Below, piece after piece: positions 22,462 to 31,862 of a DNA stretch of 32,000 bases; the stretch's first letter is position 1, and each line of letters opens with the position of its first letter. The notes beneath the pieces were generated by a model that saw only the letters and a program-made list of their open reading frames with translations, ran no database searches and was not told where the DNA came from. This DNA comes from Pyrodictium occultum (GTDB lineage Archaea > Thermoproteota > Thermoprotei_A > Sulfolobales > Pyrodictiaceae), in assembly GCF_001462395.1 (NCBI RefSeq), contig NZ_LNTB01000001.1, forward strand, positions 960,001 to 992,000. The letters are read 5' to 3'. Made by a program: the position numbers and the translations under genes.

Positions 22462-24651
22462 TTAGAGCACCATGCGCTTGAGCTCCCTGGCGAGCCTCTC
22501 GTAGCGCCTTATATCCTCCGGCGTTAGGCTGGGCTGCACAGCCTTCAGCGCCTTCTCGAAGTGCTCCATCCTCACCACCGTGGATAATGGCTTAGCGCCC
22601 TTCCGGAAGGCCTCCCTCACCGCTATCATTGCCGCCTCGCGGCAGACTGCCTCGAGGTCTGCGCCGGTGTAGCCCTCGGTCTTCTCCGCTATCTTCTCTA
22701 GGTCTACGTCTTCTGCTAGTGGCATCTTCCTGGTGTGTATCCTGAGTATCTCGAGCCTGGCCTTCCGGTCCGGCGGCGGCACGTAGATCAGCCTGTCGAA
22801 CCTGCCGGGCCGCAGGAGGGCCGGGTCGAGTATATCCGGCCTGTTCGTGGCGGCTATCACAACCACGTTGCTGAGCGGCACTATGCCATCCATCTCTGTC
22901 AGCAGCTGGTTCACAATCCTGTCGGTGACCCCGCTGGTGTCATGCCTCATGCCGCGGGCCGGCGCTATCGCGTCTATCTCGTCGAAGAAGACTATTGTCG
23001 GGGCTACCTGGCGAGCGCGGCGGAAGATCTGACGTATCGCTTTCTCGCTCTCGCCCACCCATTTGCTGAGCACCTCTGGGCCCCTCACGGCGATGAAGTT
23101 CGCACCGCTCTCCGTCGCGGCCGCCTTAGCGAGTAGCGTCTTACCGGTGCCGGGCGGGCCGAAGAGCAGCACACCCTTAGGCGGCGTTATCCCCATGCGC
23201 CGGAAGACGTCGGGGTACTTGAGCGGCCACTCCACAGCCTCGCGGAGCTGCTGCTTAACATCCTCAAGCCCACCGATATCCCCCCAGTGGACCTCCGGAA
23301 CCTCGATGTAGATCTCCCTTATGAGGCTGGGCTGTATATACCTCATAGCCTCGAGGAAGTCCGCCATAGTCACCTTGAGCTCCTTGAGGACCTCGGCTGG
23401 TATCGGCTTGTTGAGGTCTATCTTACCGCTCTTAATGAACCTCCTCAGGGCGCTCATAGCGGCCTCCTTGGCCAGCGCCGCTAGGTCCGCGCCGGTGTAG
23501 CCATGGGTCATCTCCGCGATCTTGTCGAGGTCCACGTCCTCGGCCAGCGGCATGTTGCGGACGTGTACCTGGAGTATCTCCTTCCTGGCCCTCTTGTCGG
23601 GCGGCCTTATCTCTATCTCGCGGTCGAAGCGGCCTGGGCGGCGGAGGGCTGGGTCGAGCGCCTCGGGCCTGTTGGTTGCGCCTATCACTATCACTCTGCC
23701 GCGGCTCTTGAGCCCGTCCATCAGGGTTAGTAGCTGCGCCACTACCCTCTTCTCCACCTCGCCTGTTACCTCCTCGCGGCGCGGCGCTATCGCGTCTATC
23801 TCGTCTATGAATATGATGCTCGGCGCGTTCTTCTCGGCCTCCTCGAAGATCTCGCGGAGCCTCTGCTCGCTCTCGCCATAGTACTTGCTCATTATCTCCG
23901 GCCCGTTGATGGCTATGAAGTAGGCGCCTATCTCGTTGGCCAGGGCCTTAGCTAGCAGCGTCTTACCGGTGCCGGGCGGGCCGTAGAGGAGGATGCCCTT
24001 GGGCGGCTCTATGCCCAGGTGCTTGAACAGCTCCGGGTGCTTCATCGGCAGCTCTACTATCTCCCTTATCTTCTCCTTGGCTTCCTCGAGGTCTCCTATG
24101 TCCTCCCAGGTCACCCTGGGTATGCCGCGGCGGAGCCTCTCCTCCTTCACCGGCTCCTCTCTTATCTCCAAGTCAGTCTGCTCCGTTATGTAGACGAACT
24201 GGGCTGGCTGGGTTGCAACCACCACTAGCCTGAGGCCGCTGCCCAGCACCGGGACGATGATGGTCTCCCCGCGGGCCACCGGCTTCCTTATCAGGTACTC
24301 CTTTACGTACTCGACGAAGTCTCTGCTGAACCTTATCGGCTCGGTGGGGGCGAGCACTACCCTGGTTGCGGGCTGCACGTTGGCTGCCTTCCTAACCGTG
24401 ACCGTATCGCCTATGCTGGCGCCGATTGCCTCTCTGATGAAGCCGTCTATCCTTATCATGTTTGAGTCGCCCTCGCCCGGGTGGAGGGGCCAGACCTGCG
24501 CCACCGCGACGCCCTTGGGGCCCTCGATCTCGATGAAGTCGCCTACCTCTACGCCGAGCTTAGCCATGGCCTCCCTGCTTATCCTCGCTATCTTCCTCCC
24601 CACGTCCCTGCTCCTGGCCTCGGCGACGCGGAGCTGTATCTCGGACGCCAT
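22462..24651 (-). CDS. cdc48: Cdc48/VCP-like AAA+ ATPase (N domain plus two AAA modules)
   Basis: N domain [21 protein letters not shown]...GDFIEIEG. Two Walker A motifs [13 protein letters not shown], two Walker B motifs IIFIDEIDA and IVFFDEIDA, and SRH regions. ATG 24651 is preferred. GTG 24663 is possible. Confidence 0.9.
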   Translation of the reverse strand: MASEIQLRVAEARSRDVGRKIARISREAMAKLGVEVGDFIEIEGPKGVAVAQVWPLHPGEGDSNMIRIDGFIREAIGASIGDTVTVRKAANVQPATRVVLAPTEPIRFSRDFVEYVKEYLIRKPVARGETIIVPVLGSGLRLVVVATQPAQFVYITEQTDLEIREEPVKEERLRRGIPRVTWEDIGDLEEAKEKIREIVELPMKHPELFKHLGIEPPKGILLYGPPGTGKTLLAKALANEIGAYFIAINGPEIMSKYYGESEQRLREIFEEAEKNAPSIIFIDEIDAIAPRREEVTGEVEKRVVAQLLTLMDGLKSRGRVIVIGATNRPEALDPALRRPGRFDREIEIRPPDKRARKEILQVHVRNMPLAEDVDLDKIAEMTHGYTGADLAALAKEAAMSALRRFIKSGKIDLNKPIPAEVLKELKVTMADFLEAMRYIQPSLIREIYIEVPEVHWGDIGGLEDVKQQLREAVEWPLKYPDVFRRMGITPPKGVLLFGPPGTGKTLLAKAAATESGANFIAVRGPEVLSKWVGESEKAIRQIFRRARQVAPTIVFFDEIDAIAPARGMRHDTSGVTDRIVNQLLTEMDGIVPLSNVVVIAATNRPDILDPALLRPGRFDRLIYVPPPDRKARLEILRIHTRKMPLAEDVDLEKIAEKTEGYTGADLEAVCREAAMIAVREAFRKGAKPLSTVVRMEHFEKALKAVQPSLTPEDIRRYERLARELKRMVL

Positions 24652-24691
24652 TACTCTACGCACCCGTGGTATGGGAAGGATGAACCTAGGG

Positions 24692-24699
24692 TTATATAG
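24692..24699. promoter_or_regulatory. TATA box (TTATATAG / CTATATAA) between cdc48 and the divergent small ORF
   Basis: It lies 41 nt upstream of cdc48 ATG 24651 on the minus strand and 40 nt upstream of TTG 24739 on the plus strand. Confidence 0.4.
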
Positions 24700-24738
24700 T
24701 GGTGGCTCTGGCCACGGCCCCCTAGGGCGCCCGGGGGC

Positions 24739-25017
24739 TTGGAGGACCAGTACGAGGCGTGCCTGGGCCTGGGTGAGGCGCTCCGGGTAACCGCCAGGCT
24801 CCTCTGCAGGCTGGCCAGGCTGTCGGGGCTCTGCGACCTGGCGGAGGGGGCTGAGCCGCCGCTGGAGGAGGCGGCGCTGCTCCTAGAGGAGGCGGGGGTG
24901 GAGCCCCCGGAGCCCCTGCCCAGGCTGGCCTCAAGCTGCAGGGGTGTGGCCAGCCTCCTGCTCCTCCTGGAGGCAGCTGCCCAGCGCGCCGGCCTAGCCC
25001 CTCCCACCGCCACATAG
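24739..25017 (+). CDS. Hypothetical small acidic helical protein (92 aa, four Cys)
   Basis: Only codon-level evidence supports this ORF. It uses AGG/CTC/GAG codons with GC-rich third positions, like neighbouring genes. The overlapping minus-strand ORF (24651..25013) is S/R/A low-complexity. The start is TTG. I recognise no family. Confidence 0.35.
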   Translation: MEDQYEACLGLGEALRVTARLLCRLARLSGLCDLAEGAEPPLEEAALLLEEAGVEPPEPLPRLASSCRGVASLLLLLEAAAQRAGLAPPTAT

Positions 25018-25086
25018 CTGATAGGAGCCGCCGCCGGCCCTATCAGCCCCCGGGGGCGGGGTGCCAGCCCGGAGGAGCCCTGAGCC

Positions 25087-26355
25087 TTGACAGCTCCCCG
25101 CGGCCGGGGCGGAGAGCCTTGCCTGCTCTACGCGGCCTCACCCATCCATAGCAGGGAGTTCCTCGAGGGGCTCCGGGCCAGCACATCCTCCATGGGTGCC
25201 TCGGGGCTGCGCGACCTCGGCGTGGCCGCCTCCCCGGAGGAGGCGGCGGAGAAGCTGCGGGGCTGCGGCTCCGCGGCCATAGTGGTCTCGACGGGGGGCA
25301 CCGAGCACATAGTCCTCGAGGGGCTCCGGGCGCTCAGGGGCCCCGCGCTCCTGGTAGCTCATCCCTATGCGAACAGCCTGCCAGCGCTCCTCGAGGTCTA
25401 CCCGCTGGCCCGCCGCCTCGGGGCCTCGGCGGTGTTCCTCCCGAGCCTCGACCCCCGCGACCAGCGCGCGAGGAGGAGGCTGGAGCAGGGCCTAGCCGGG
25501 CTCCGGGCAGCCTCCAGGCTCCGGGGGAGCAGGCTAGGCCTCGTGGGAGAGCCCAGCCCCTGGCTTGTCTACAGCAGGGTTGAGCCAGGGAGGCTCCGGG
25601 AGAGGCTCGGCGTGGAGCTGGTGGAGGTCCCGCTGGAGGAGCTCTACAGGGAGTTCGAGGAGGCGGAGCCCGGCGGGGAGCTGCTCGAGAGGATCCTGGG
25701 GGGCGCCGCGGCCGTCGAGGTGCCGAGGGAGGAGGTGGCCAGGGCCCTCCGGGTCTACGAGGCGCTCCGCAGGATTGTCGAGAGGAGGAGGCTCGACGCC
25801 TTCACGATAGAGTGCTTCGAGATCATACCCCGGCTGAAGACGACGGCATGTCTCGCCCTCTCCCTGTTCAACGACAGCGGGGTGGTGGCGGGCTGCGAGG
25901 GCGACGTGCCCACGACGGTGGCCATGATGCTTGCCAGCTGGGCCTCGGGCAGGCCCGGGTTCATGGCCAACCCCGCCGCCATAGATGGGGGCCGGGTGCT
26001 TCTAGCCCACTGCACCGCCGCTAGGAGCCTCGGCCCAGCCTACATGCTGAGGACCCACTTCGAGACCGGCATGGGGGTGGGCGTCGCGGTGACCATGCCC
26101 CGGGGGAGCACGGTGACCCTCGCCAGGCTAGACCCGGGGCTTGAGCTCCTCCGGGTGGCCCGCGGCACCGTGATGGAGGGGGAGCCGCGGAGCAAGCTCC
26201 ACTGCCGGACCCAGGTCTGGGTGAGGCTAGAGGGCGACGCGGAAAGGCTCCTCCGCGAGAGCATAGGCAACCACTATGTGATGGTGCCCGGGGACTGGGT
26301 CGACGCCCTGACGGCCGCGGCAGAGATGCTCGGGGTGAGGGTGGACAGGCTCTAA
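25087..26355 (+). CDS. L-fucose/L-arabinose isomerase superfamily-like protein (COG2407-like), substrate unknown
   Basis: 422 aa. VVAGCEGDVPTTVAMMLASW...GFMANP...LLAHCTAA and NHYVMVPGDWVDAL resemble the metal-site region of FucI-like proteins. The N-terminal half looks Rossmann-like. The start is TTG. Confidence 0.55.
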   Translation: MTAPRGRGGEPCLLYAASPIHSREFLEGLRASTSSMGASGLRDLGVAASPEEAAEKLRGCGSAAIVVSTGGTEHIVLEGLRALRGPALLVAHPYANSLPALLEVYPLARRLGASAVFLPSLDPRDQRARRRLEQGLAGLRAASRLRGSRLGLVGEPSPWLVYSRVEPGRLRERLGVELVEVPLEELYREFEEAEPGGELLERILGGAAAVEVPREEVARALRVYEALRRIVERRRLDAFTIECFEIIPRLKTTACLALSLFNDSGVVAGCEGDVPTTVAMMLASWASGRPGFMANPAAIDGGRVLLAHCTAARSLGPAYMLRTHFETGMGVGVAVTMPRGSTVTLARLDPGLELLRVARGTVMEGEPRSKLHCRTQVWVRLEGDAERLLRESIGNHYVMVPGDWVDALTAAAEMLGVRVDRL

Positions 26356-26421
26356 GCCCCGGGGCGGCTCCCAGCGTTTAACCCCCAGGCCGCCTCATGG
26401 GTAGCCCGGTGCAGCGTAACC

Positions 26422-27756
26422 TTGGCTAAGCGCAGAGTAGTCATAATGGGCGCTGGCGGCCGCGACTTCCACGTATTCAACACAGTGTTCCGCGACAACC
26501 CCGGCTACGAGGTCGTCGCCTTCACCGCCGCCCAGATACCTGGGATCGAGTGGCGCCGCTACCCTCCCAGTCTCGCCGGCCACCGCTACCCCCACGGGAT
26601 CCCCATCTACCCTGAGAAGCTCCTCCCGGAGATAGTGAGGGAGCAGGCGGTCGACGAGGTGGTCCTAGCCTATAGCGACCTCACCTACGAGGAGCTGGGC
26701 CACCTGCTGAGCCTGGCCCTCTCGACGGGGGCGAGCTTCCGCATAGTAGGGCCCCGCGATACCATGCTCGCCAGCTACAAGCCGGTGATAGCCGTCACCG
26801 CCGTGAAGACCGGTGCTGGTAAGAGCACGCTCTCCAGAGCCCTGGTCCGGGAGATAAAGTCCAGGCAGCTGGCACCCGTGGTAGTGAGGCACCCGATGGC
26901 GTACGGGGACCTCGAGGCCCGGAAGCTCATAGTGATAGTGGAGCCCGAGGACCTCTCCAAGTACCCCCTGACGGTCGAGGAGAGGGAGGAGTTCGAGCCA
27001 TACCTCGACCTCGAGACACCGGTGCTAGCCGGCATAGACTATGGCCCCGTGCTAAGGGAGGCGGAGCGGCTCGGCGACGTGATAGTATGGGACGGGGGCA
27101 ACAACGACTGGCCCTTCATACGGCCCGACCTCTGGGTCGTGGTGGCCGACGCCCTCCGGCCGGGGATGGAGTACTCCACATTCCCCGGAGAGGTCAACGT
27201 GAGGATGGCAGAGATAGCCGTGATAACCAAGGCAAGCGAGGCCGGGGAGGACAACGTGAAGAAGGTGAGGGAGAACCTGACCCGCATAAACCCGAGGCTC
27301 GAGATAGCCGTAGCCGATCTGGTGGTTAACGTCGACAAGCCAGACCTCGTCGAGGGCAGGCGGGTCGTGGTGGTCGAGGACTCGCCCACCGTAACCCACG
27401 GCGGAGCCCCCTACGGGGCCGGCTACGTCGCCGCCAGGAAGCTCGGCGCCAAGATCATCGACCCCAGGCCCTACGCAACCGGCGTGATAAAGGAGATGTA
27501 TAGGCGGTACCCCCACATTGGCCCGGTGGTTCCCTCGACAGGGTACACCAGGGAGCAGCTCCGGAGCCTGGAGGAGACGCTCAACAGCGTCCCAGCCGAC
27601 GCCATAGTGGTCGCGAGCCCGGCTAGGATAGAGAGTATGTTGAGCCTCAACAAGCCGGTGGCCAGGGTGAGCTACGAGATAAAGGTGCTGGAGGGCCCGA
27701 CCCCCAGGGACATGATAGACCGGCTGCTCGAGCGCCACCCGGTCCCGGAGGCCTAG
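26422..27756 (+). CDS. COG2403-family P-loop protein (predicted GTPase; I believe this family includes cyclic 2,3-diphosphoglycerate synthetase)
   Basis: 444 aa. Features are RVVIMGAGGRDFHVFNTVFRDNPGYEVVAFTAAQIPGI, a P-loop VIAVTAVKTGAGKSTLSR, and AYSDL. The family assignment comes from remembered N-terminal and P-loop signatures. The function is not asserted. Confidence 0.6.
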   Translation: MAKRRVVIMGAGGRDFHVFNTVFRDNPGYEVVAFTAAQIPGIEWRRYPPSLAGHRYPHGIPIYPEKLLPEIVREQAVDEVVLAYSDLTYEELGHLLSLALSTGASFRIVGPRDTMLASYKPVIAVTAVKTGAGKSTLSRALVREIKSRQLAPVVVRHPMAYGDLEARKLIVIVEPEDLSKYPLTVEEREEFEPYLDLETPVLAGIDYGPVLREAERLGDVIVWDGGNNDWPFIRPDLWVVVADALRPGMEYSTFPGEVNVRMAEIAVITKASEAGEDNVKKVRENLTRINPRLEIAVADLVVNVDKPDLVEGRRVVVVEDSPTVTHGGAPYGAGYVAARKLGAKIIDPRPYATGVIKEMYRRYPHIGPVVPSTGYTREQLRSLEETLNSVPADAIVVASPARIESMLSLNKPVARVSYEIKVLEGPTPRDMIDRLLERHPVPEA

Positions 27757-27778
27757 CCCGAGGCCCTAATGGACATCC

Positions 27779-27786
27779 TTTAAATA
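27779..27786 (+). promoter_or_regulatory. Consensus archaeal TATA box TTTAAATA upstream of the ATPase H-like gene
   Basis: An exact TTTAAATA ending 38 nt before TTG 27825. Confidence 0.5.
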
Positions 27787-27824
27787 GCGCCGGAGCCGGC
27801 TACACCTCAACCCTGGGGTCGGCA

Positions 27825-28166
27825 TTGGCCGAGGCTGCCAGCGTTATCAACAAGTTTCTCCAGGCCGTGGCCGAGGCCGAGGAGAAGCTTAAGAAGATAG
27901 AGGAGGAGCTGGGCGGCGACGCCGCCAGGCTCCTGGCCAAGGCGGATGAGATGGCGCGTAGCCTGGCCGAGGAGACGGACAAGATTATTGAGGAGTACCG
28001 GAGGAGACTGGAGAAGGAGCTCGAGAAGGAGCTGGAGAGGCTGGAGAAGGAGTACCGTGAGAGGGAGGAGCGGGAGCTTAGCAGCCTCCGGGATAGGATC
28101 GAGAGGAACCGGGAGAGGGCTGTCGAGGAGGCACTAAACCTGCTTGCAAGGGTGGTGCGTGGTTGA
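27825..28166 (+). CDS. atpH: A-type ATP synthase peripheral-stalk subunit (H-like coiled coil)
   Basis: 113 aa, almost entirely charged heptad-like helix (EEKLKKIEEEL...EKELEKELERLEKEYREREERE). Its position directly upstream of the C-like gene, with a 4-nt overlap, supports the call. Subunit identity is by context and composition only. Confidence 0.45.
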   Translation: MAEAASVINKFLQAVAEAEEKLKKIEEELGGDAARLLAKADEMARSLAEETDKIIEEYRRRLEKELEKELERLEKEYREREERELSSLRDRIERNRERAVEEALNLLARVVRG

Positions 28167-29176
28167 GGCTCAGCTACGAAGGTCTTGGCGCTGAGTATCT
28201 CTACTCCAAGGCTATGGTCGGGAAGACCCTCAGCTACGAGGACGACCTCCGGGCGCTCCTGGCCCAGTACACTGGGGACGAGGCCACCCTCGAGCTCTTC
28301 CGGGCCACGAAGCTGGCCCGCTACCTCCCCCCGGCAGGGGAGAGGCTGGAGCCCGGTGCGGTAGAGAGGGCCGCCCTCCGCTACTACATGGATGCACTCG
28401 AGACGCTGAGGGGCAGAACCCCCGGCTACTCGGAGGCGGTCTACCACGCCTACCGCCTCGTGGTAGTGGCCCGCGACGTGGAGCTTATAGCCAGGAGGAG
28501 GCTGCAGGGCGAGGCCCCTCCCTCCCCGGGCGAGCTCATCCACCCCGAGGCGCCGGAGACGGCGGCCGCGCGCCGGCAGGCGGAGGAGGGCGCGGACCCC
28601 GCGGCGGTGCTAGCGGCGGCGGGGATGAGCGAGGCCGCCAAGCTTCTCCAGCGCGCGAGGGACGCCAAGCTTCTCAGCGTGGCGGTGGAGCTAGAGCTGC
28701 TCCAGGCATTCAACAGGGCGAGGAGGGCCGTTAGGACGGAGGCTGGGAGGGAGATAGTAGGCGCCCGGCAGGACATCTACGCCGCCCGCGCCGCCGCCAC
28801 GCTCGTGGCGGCGAGCATCGACAAGAGCACTGTCTCGCTCTACACAAGCGTGCTCGACACCTACAAGCTCCCCAGGAGGAAGCTCATAGACGCGATAGAG
28901 GCCAGCGACGCGGAATCCGTGGAGAACATACTCCTAGAGGCTGCGGGCACCGGGCCCAGCGAGGGCCTATCAGCCCTGGAGGCCTTCATAGCCAGCAGGC
29001 GCAGGGAGAACAGGGCGAGCGCCAAGACCATCTTCATCAGGGAGCCCCTCTCCCTCGACGTGGTCGCGGGGTTCGCCGAGCTCTTCCTCCTCGACGCCGA
29101 GGACGCCATAGCCATAGCCCTGGCGGGCTACAGCAGGCAGCCCAAGAGCATAGTGACGGGCCTCCTTTCCTTCTAG
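28163..29176 (+). CDS. atpC: A-type ATP synthase subunit C (AC39/d family)
   Basis: 337 aa all-helical protein of the expected size. It overlaps the preceding gene in GTTGA (TTG start and TGA stop). Assignment relies mainly on context and length. Confidence 0.5.
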   Translation: MRLSYEGLGAEYLYSKAMVGKTLSYEDDLRALLAQYTGDEATLELFRATKLARYLPPAGERLEPGAVERAALRYYMDALETLRGRTPGYSEAVYHAYRLVVVARDVELIARRRLQGEAPPSPGELIHPEAPETAAARRQAEEGADPAAVLAAAGMSEAAKLLQRARDAKLLSVAVELELLQAFNRARRAVRTEAGREIVGARQDIYAARAAATLVAASIDKSTVSLYTSVLDTYKLPRRKLIDAIEASDAESVENILLEAAGTGPSEGLSALEAFIASRRRENRASAKTIFIREPLSLDVVAGFAELFLLDAEDAIAIALAGYSRQPKSIVTGLLSF

Positions 29177-29305
29177 GACTTCCCTTCCCCTGCCGGGGAT
29201 CCGCGCGCCTTTAGAGACTGCCCCCAGCCCCCTATCGGCAGGGGCCCGGGCGCCTCCCCCACCTCCTGGGAGAAAAGGGCGGCCTCCTCCTGCCACCCTG
29301 TAGAT

Positions 29306-29310
29306 AAAAA
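29306..29310 (-). terminator. T5 tract downstream of atpI
   Basis: The minus strand reads CCCCTTTTTATC 53 nt after stop 29363, in the convergent atpC/atpI spacer. Confidence 0.35.
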
Positions 29311-29362
29311 GGGGCTGGGCCCAGGGCCGGGAGATGCCTCCTTTGGCCCTCCCGCGGCCTCT

Positions 29363-31441
29363 CTACTCAACCACCAGCCTCACGTTCTCCGGCAGCTTCA
29401 CTGGCGTGTAGGGCCTGCCGCCGTCGAGGTAGAACTTGCTGAACATCTCGTAGAAGTGGAGCCTCAGCGAGTGCGCGTAGGCAACCAGCGCCTCTAGGCC
29501 TATCACTAGTATGTTGCCGAAGATGTAGGCTATACCGCCTAGTACCGGGCCGCCGACCACCGCTAGTATAGCAAAGCCGAACATGAGGCCGCTGTGGGCC
29601 AGCATTAGGCCCATTATTCGCATGAAGGATGCCGTGTTGCCTATAGCCATGAGCAGTATGTCGAAGGCCTCCACTATACCGTTCATAACCCTCTCCCCCG
29701 CGGAGCCGTGGCCGAAGAGCGCCGGCGCCGCCAGCGCCAGCAGGAGGCCTATGGTAACCATCAGCCTCGCCGCCATGCCCAGGCTCGTCTTAGGCACGAG
29801 GGCCAGGCCTGCATCGTAGAGCACCGATCCAGCCCTCTCCAGCGGGGTAGCCCCATGACCCACGGCACCGCCTACAAGGAAGACTACCGCTATACCGGTG
29901 AACACTAGGGCCTTGCCGAGGCCCACTGCGGTTATCTCCTTGTCGCCTATCAACACGCCGTTGGCCACAGAGACCCAGGAGGATAGCGCCATCAGCAGGG
30001 CTCCAAGCGCCACCGAGAGGTAGATTGCATTGTATATGAGCAGCGTGGCCTCTCCGGCCAGGTTCTCGCCCGCCGTCCCCGCCGCCAGCTCCTCGGCGAA
30101 GGGGTGTAGCGGGCTGGCCAGCGGCGGGTGGCCATGCCATATGGCGTTCAGCCAGCCGGCTACTGCCGGCAGGGGGCCGAAGAACTCGCCGGCGAGGAAG
30201 CCGGTGGCCATGGCTACCGCGCCGAACAGCATGAGTAGTCGGCCATTGTTCCTATCACCCATCTTCCTGTAGAAGAGGTAGTAGCCGGCCAGCAGCAGGA
30301 CGAGGCCGTGACCCATGTCGGGGAACATGAGGCCATAGACTAGGGGCAGCGTGAAGGCCATCAGCACCGCTGGCACGAACTCGCGGGGCCTCGGGTACCC
30401 GGCCATCTCGAGTAGGCTGGCGAAGGGTGCCAGCTTCTCGCTAACCCTGAAGTAGCTCGGGGGCAGCTTCTCCCCGGCCTCTCCTCCGTGGCCCCTGCTT
30501 CCCCCGGTCTCCTCGTACACCAGGGCCGTGTAGCCCCCGCCCAGGCTGGCGAGGGCCTCCTCGAGGTCTCCCTCCCTCCCGGGGGCGATGTACCCGTTGA
30601 TCACGGCGAGCAGCCTGGTTATACGGGTGGCCTCGAGGAGGCTGAGCAGCCTCTTGGCAGCCTCAACCTTTACGAGCGCCTCCCGGATCCTGGGGGCGTG
30701 GCGCCGGAGAGCCAGGGGCAGTTCCTCCAGCTCCCTGCGCACCCTGCTTATGGCCTCGGCGGGGATTCTCGGCAGGCCCTCGGGCACCTCTAGGGGCACT
30801 GCCCTGCTCCGGAGAGCGGCCTTGCCGACCTCCGCCTCAAGCCATGTGGGGTAGGCGACCACAACCGTCTCCATTCCCTCCTCTATCCCGGTGGCATGGA
30901 GGCCTGCTATGGCTCCGATTGCCTCAAGGTCGGCTATGAAGCCCGCCACTGAGCCCCGGGGGACGCGGTAGACCTTGGCCCGTATGTAGCTGTTCCTCTT
31001 CAACGCCTCGATATCGATGTTTATGAAGCTGTAGGCCTCCAGCGCGGCCAGCATCTCGGCCAGCTCGGACTCGGGGTTCCGGAGCTGGGAGAGCCTCTCC
31101 ACAAGCGACTCCACGTCCCTCACAGCTCTGTCTATCTCGCCTAGGAGCCTAGAGAGCCCGATGTCGGCCTCACGGCTGATCTTGAGAACCTGCTCCCCCT
31201 CGGCGGCGCCCGCCCCAGCCTCCTCAGCGGCGCGCAGGAGCTCGAGGAGCCGCTGCGCCAGCGACTCCAGCTCGCTGCGCAGGTGGCGTAGGGTCTGCGA
31301 GAGCGCCCCCTCCGCCTCGAGGGGCTCCGGGTGGAGGCAGCCGCACTCGGCCAGCAGCTTGAGGGTGTCGGCTAGCGCCTCCCTAGCCACTATCACCGAC
31401 ACCGGGCTGGTGGGCTGGGCTATGAGCGTGGACGCGGCCAT
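29363..31441 (-). CDS. atpI: A-type ATP synthase subunit I (a-subunit; proton channel and stator)
   Basis: 692 aa. It has an N-terminal coiled-coil cytoplasmic domain of about 330 aa and then multiple TM helices. The conserved essential Arg lies in NTASFMRIMGLMLAHSGL (compare SYLRLWALSLAH). Confidence 0.85.
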   Translation of the reverse strand: MAASTLIAQPTSPVSVIVAREALADTLKLLAECGCLHPEPLEAEGALSQTLRHLRSELESLAQRLLELLRAAEEAGAGAAEGEQVLKISREADIGLSRLLGEIDRAVRDVESLVERLSQLRNPESELAEMLAALEAYSFINIDIEALKRNSYIRAKVYRVPRGSVAGFIADLEAIGAIAGLHATGIEEGMETVVVAYPTWLEAEVGKAALRSRAVPLEVPEGLPRIPAEAISRVRRELEELPLALRRHAPRIREALVKVEAAKRLLSLLEATRITRLLAVINGYIAPGREGDLEEALASLGGGYTALVYEETGGSRGHGGEAGEKLPPSYFRVSEKLAPFASLLEMAGYPRPREFVPAVLMAFTLPLVYGLMFPDMGHGLVLLLAGYYLFYRKMGDRNNGRLLMLFGAVAMATGFLAGEFFGPLPAVAGWLNAIWHGHPPLASPLHPFAEELAAGTAGENLAGEATLLIYNAIYLSVALGALLMALSSWVSVANGVLIGDKEITAVGLGKALVFTGIAVVFLVGGAVGHGATPLERAGSVLYDAGLALVPKTSLGMAARLMVTIGLLLALAAPALFGHGSAGERVMNGIVEAFDILLMAIGNTASFMRIMGLMLAHSGLMFGFAILAVVGGPVLGGIAYIFGNILVIGLEALVAYAHSLRLHFYEMFSKFYLDGGRPYTPVKLPENVRLVVE

Positions 31442-31500
31442 GCAGCCTCACCGCGGCCGGCGCGCTACCCTTCCTCCCGCCGGCCCTCAGCGTTACTGCA

Positions 31501-31512
31501 ATATTTAAATAT
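31501..31512. promoter_or_regulatory. Perfect 12-nt palindromic TATA element ATATTTAAATAT between divergent atpI and atpF
   Basis: Read directly from the sequence. It lies 60 nt upstream of atpI ATG 31441 and 35 nt upstream of atpF TTG 31547. Confidence 0.5.
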
Positions 31513-31546
31513 CATAGTTCTGCCCCTGGGCCCAGGAGGCCGAGTC

Positions 31547-31855
31547 TTGGCGGCAAGGCGTGTGGTGGTTGTAGCCGACACCTACACGGTCTACGCCTTC
31601 CGCCTCCTAGGGGTGGAGGGCTATAGCGTGAACTCGCCCCGCGAAGCCGCCAGGGTTGTCGAGAGCCTCATACCCCGCGAGGACGTGGGCCTCGTCCTGC
31701 TCTCGGCCGAGTACTTTGACGAGGCGAGGGAGGCTGTGGATAGGTTCCGCCGCGCCCGCAGCGACGCGGTGATAGCCCGGCTCCCCACGGTCCGCGAGCC
31801 GGGCAGGCCCATGGATGTTCAGAGGGAGCTTCTCAGGGCACTAGGCATGGGGTGA
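31547..31855 (+). CDS. atpF: A-type ATP synthase subunit F
   Basis: 102 aa. VVVVADTYTVYAFRLLGVEGY...VGLVLLSAEYFDE is the typical flavodoxin-like F-subunit pattern. Confidence 0.75.
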   Translation: MAARRVVVVADTYTVYAFRLLGVEGYSVNSPREAARVVESLIPREDVGLVLLSAEYFDEAREAVDRFRRARSDAVIARLPTVREPGRPMDVQRELLRALGMG

Positions 31856-31862
31856 GCCTGCG

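Noticed and set aside
22462-24651. Internal similarity within cdc48 (two [13 protein letters not shown] blocks with similar flanks), considered as a possible DNA repeat or duplication.
   Set aside because: This is the expected D1/D2 tandem AAA+ architecture of Cdc48/VCP. The similarity is at protein level only, not a repeat element.
24651-25013. Minus-strand 120-aa ORF in the cdc48/isomerase spacer.
   Set aside because: It is S/R/A/G low-complexity sequence. It would start inside the region downstream of the plus-strand TATA and overlaps the cdc48 start codon. The plus-strand ORF 24739..25017 has the better codon pattern, although it too is uncertain.
26422-27756. Calling this gene outright as cyclic 2,3-diphosphoglycerate synthetase (cpgS).
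   Set aside because: I recognise only the COG2403-type N-terminus and P-loop. I cannot confirm orthology to the characterised methanogen enzyme, or the presence of 2-phosphoglycerate kinase, without a database search. I kept the call at family level.
29173-29370. 65-aa minus-strand ORF in the atpC/atpI convergent spacer.
   Set aside because: It overlaps the stop regions of both ATPase genes, has G/P/A-rich composition and contains the putative T5 terminator of atpI. It is most likely non-coding.
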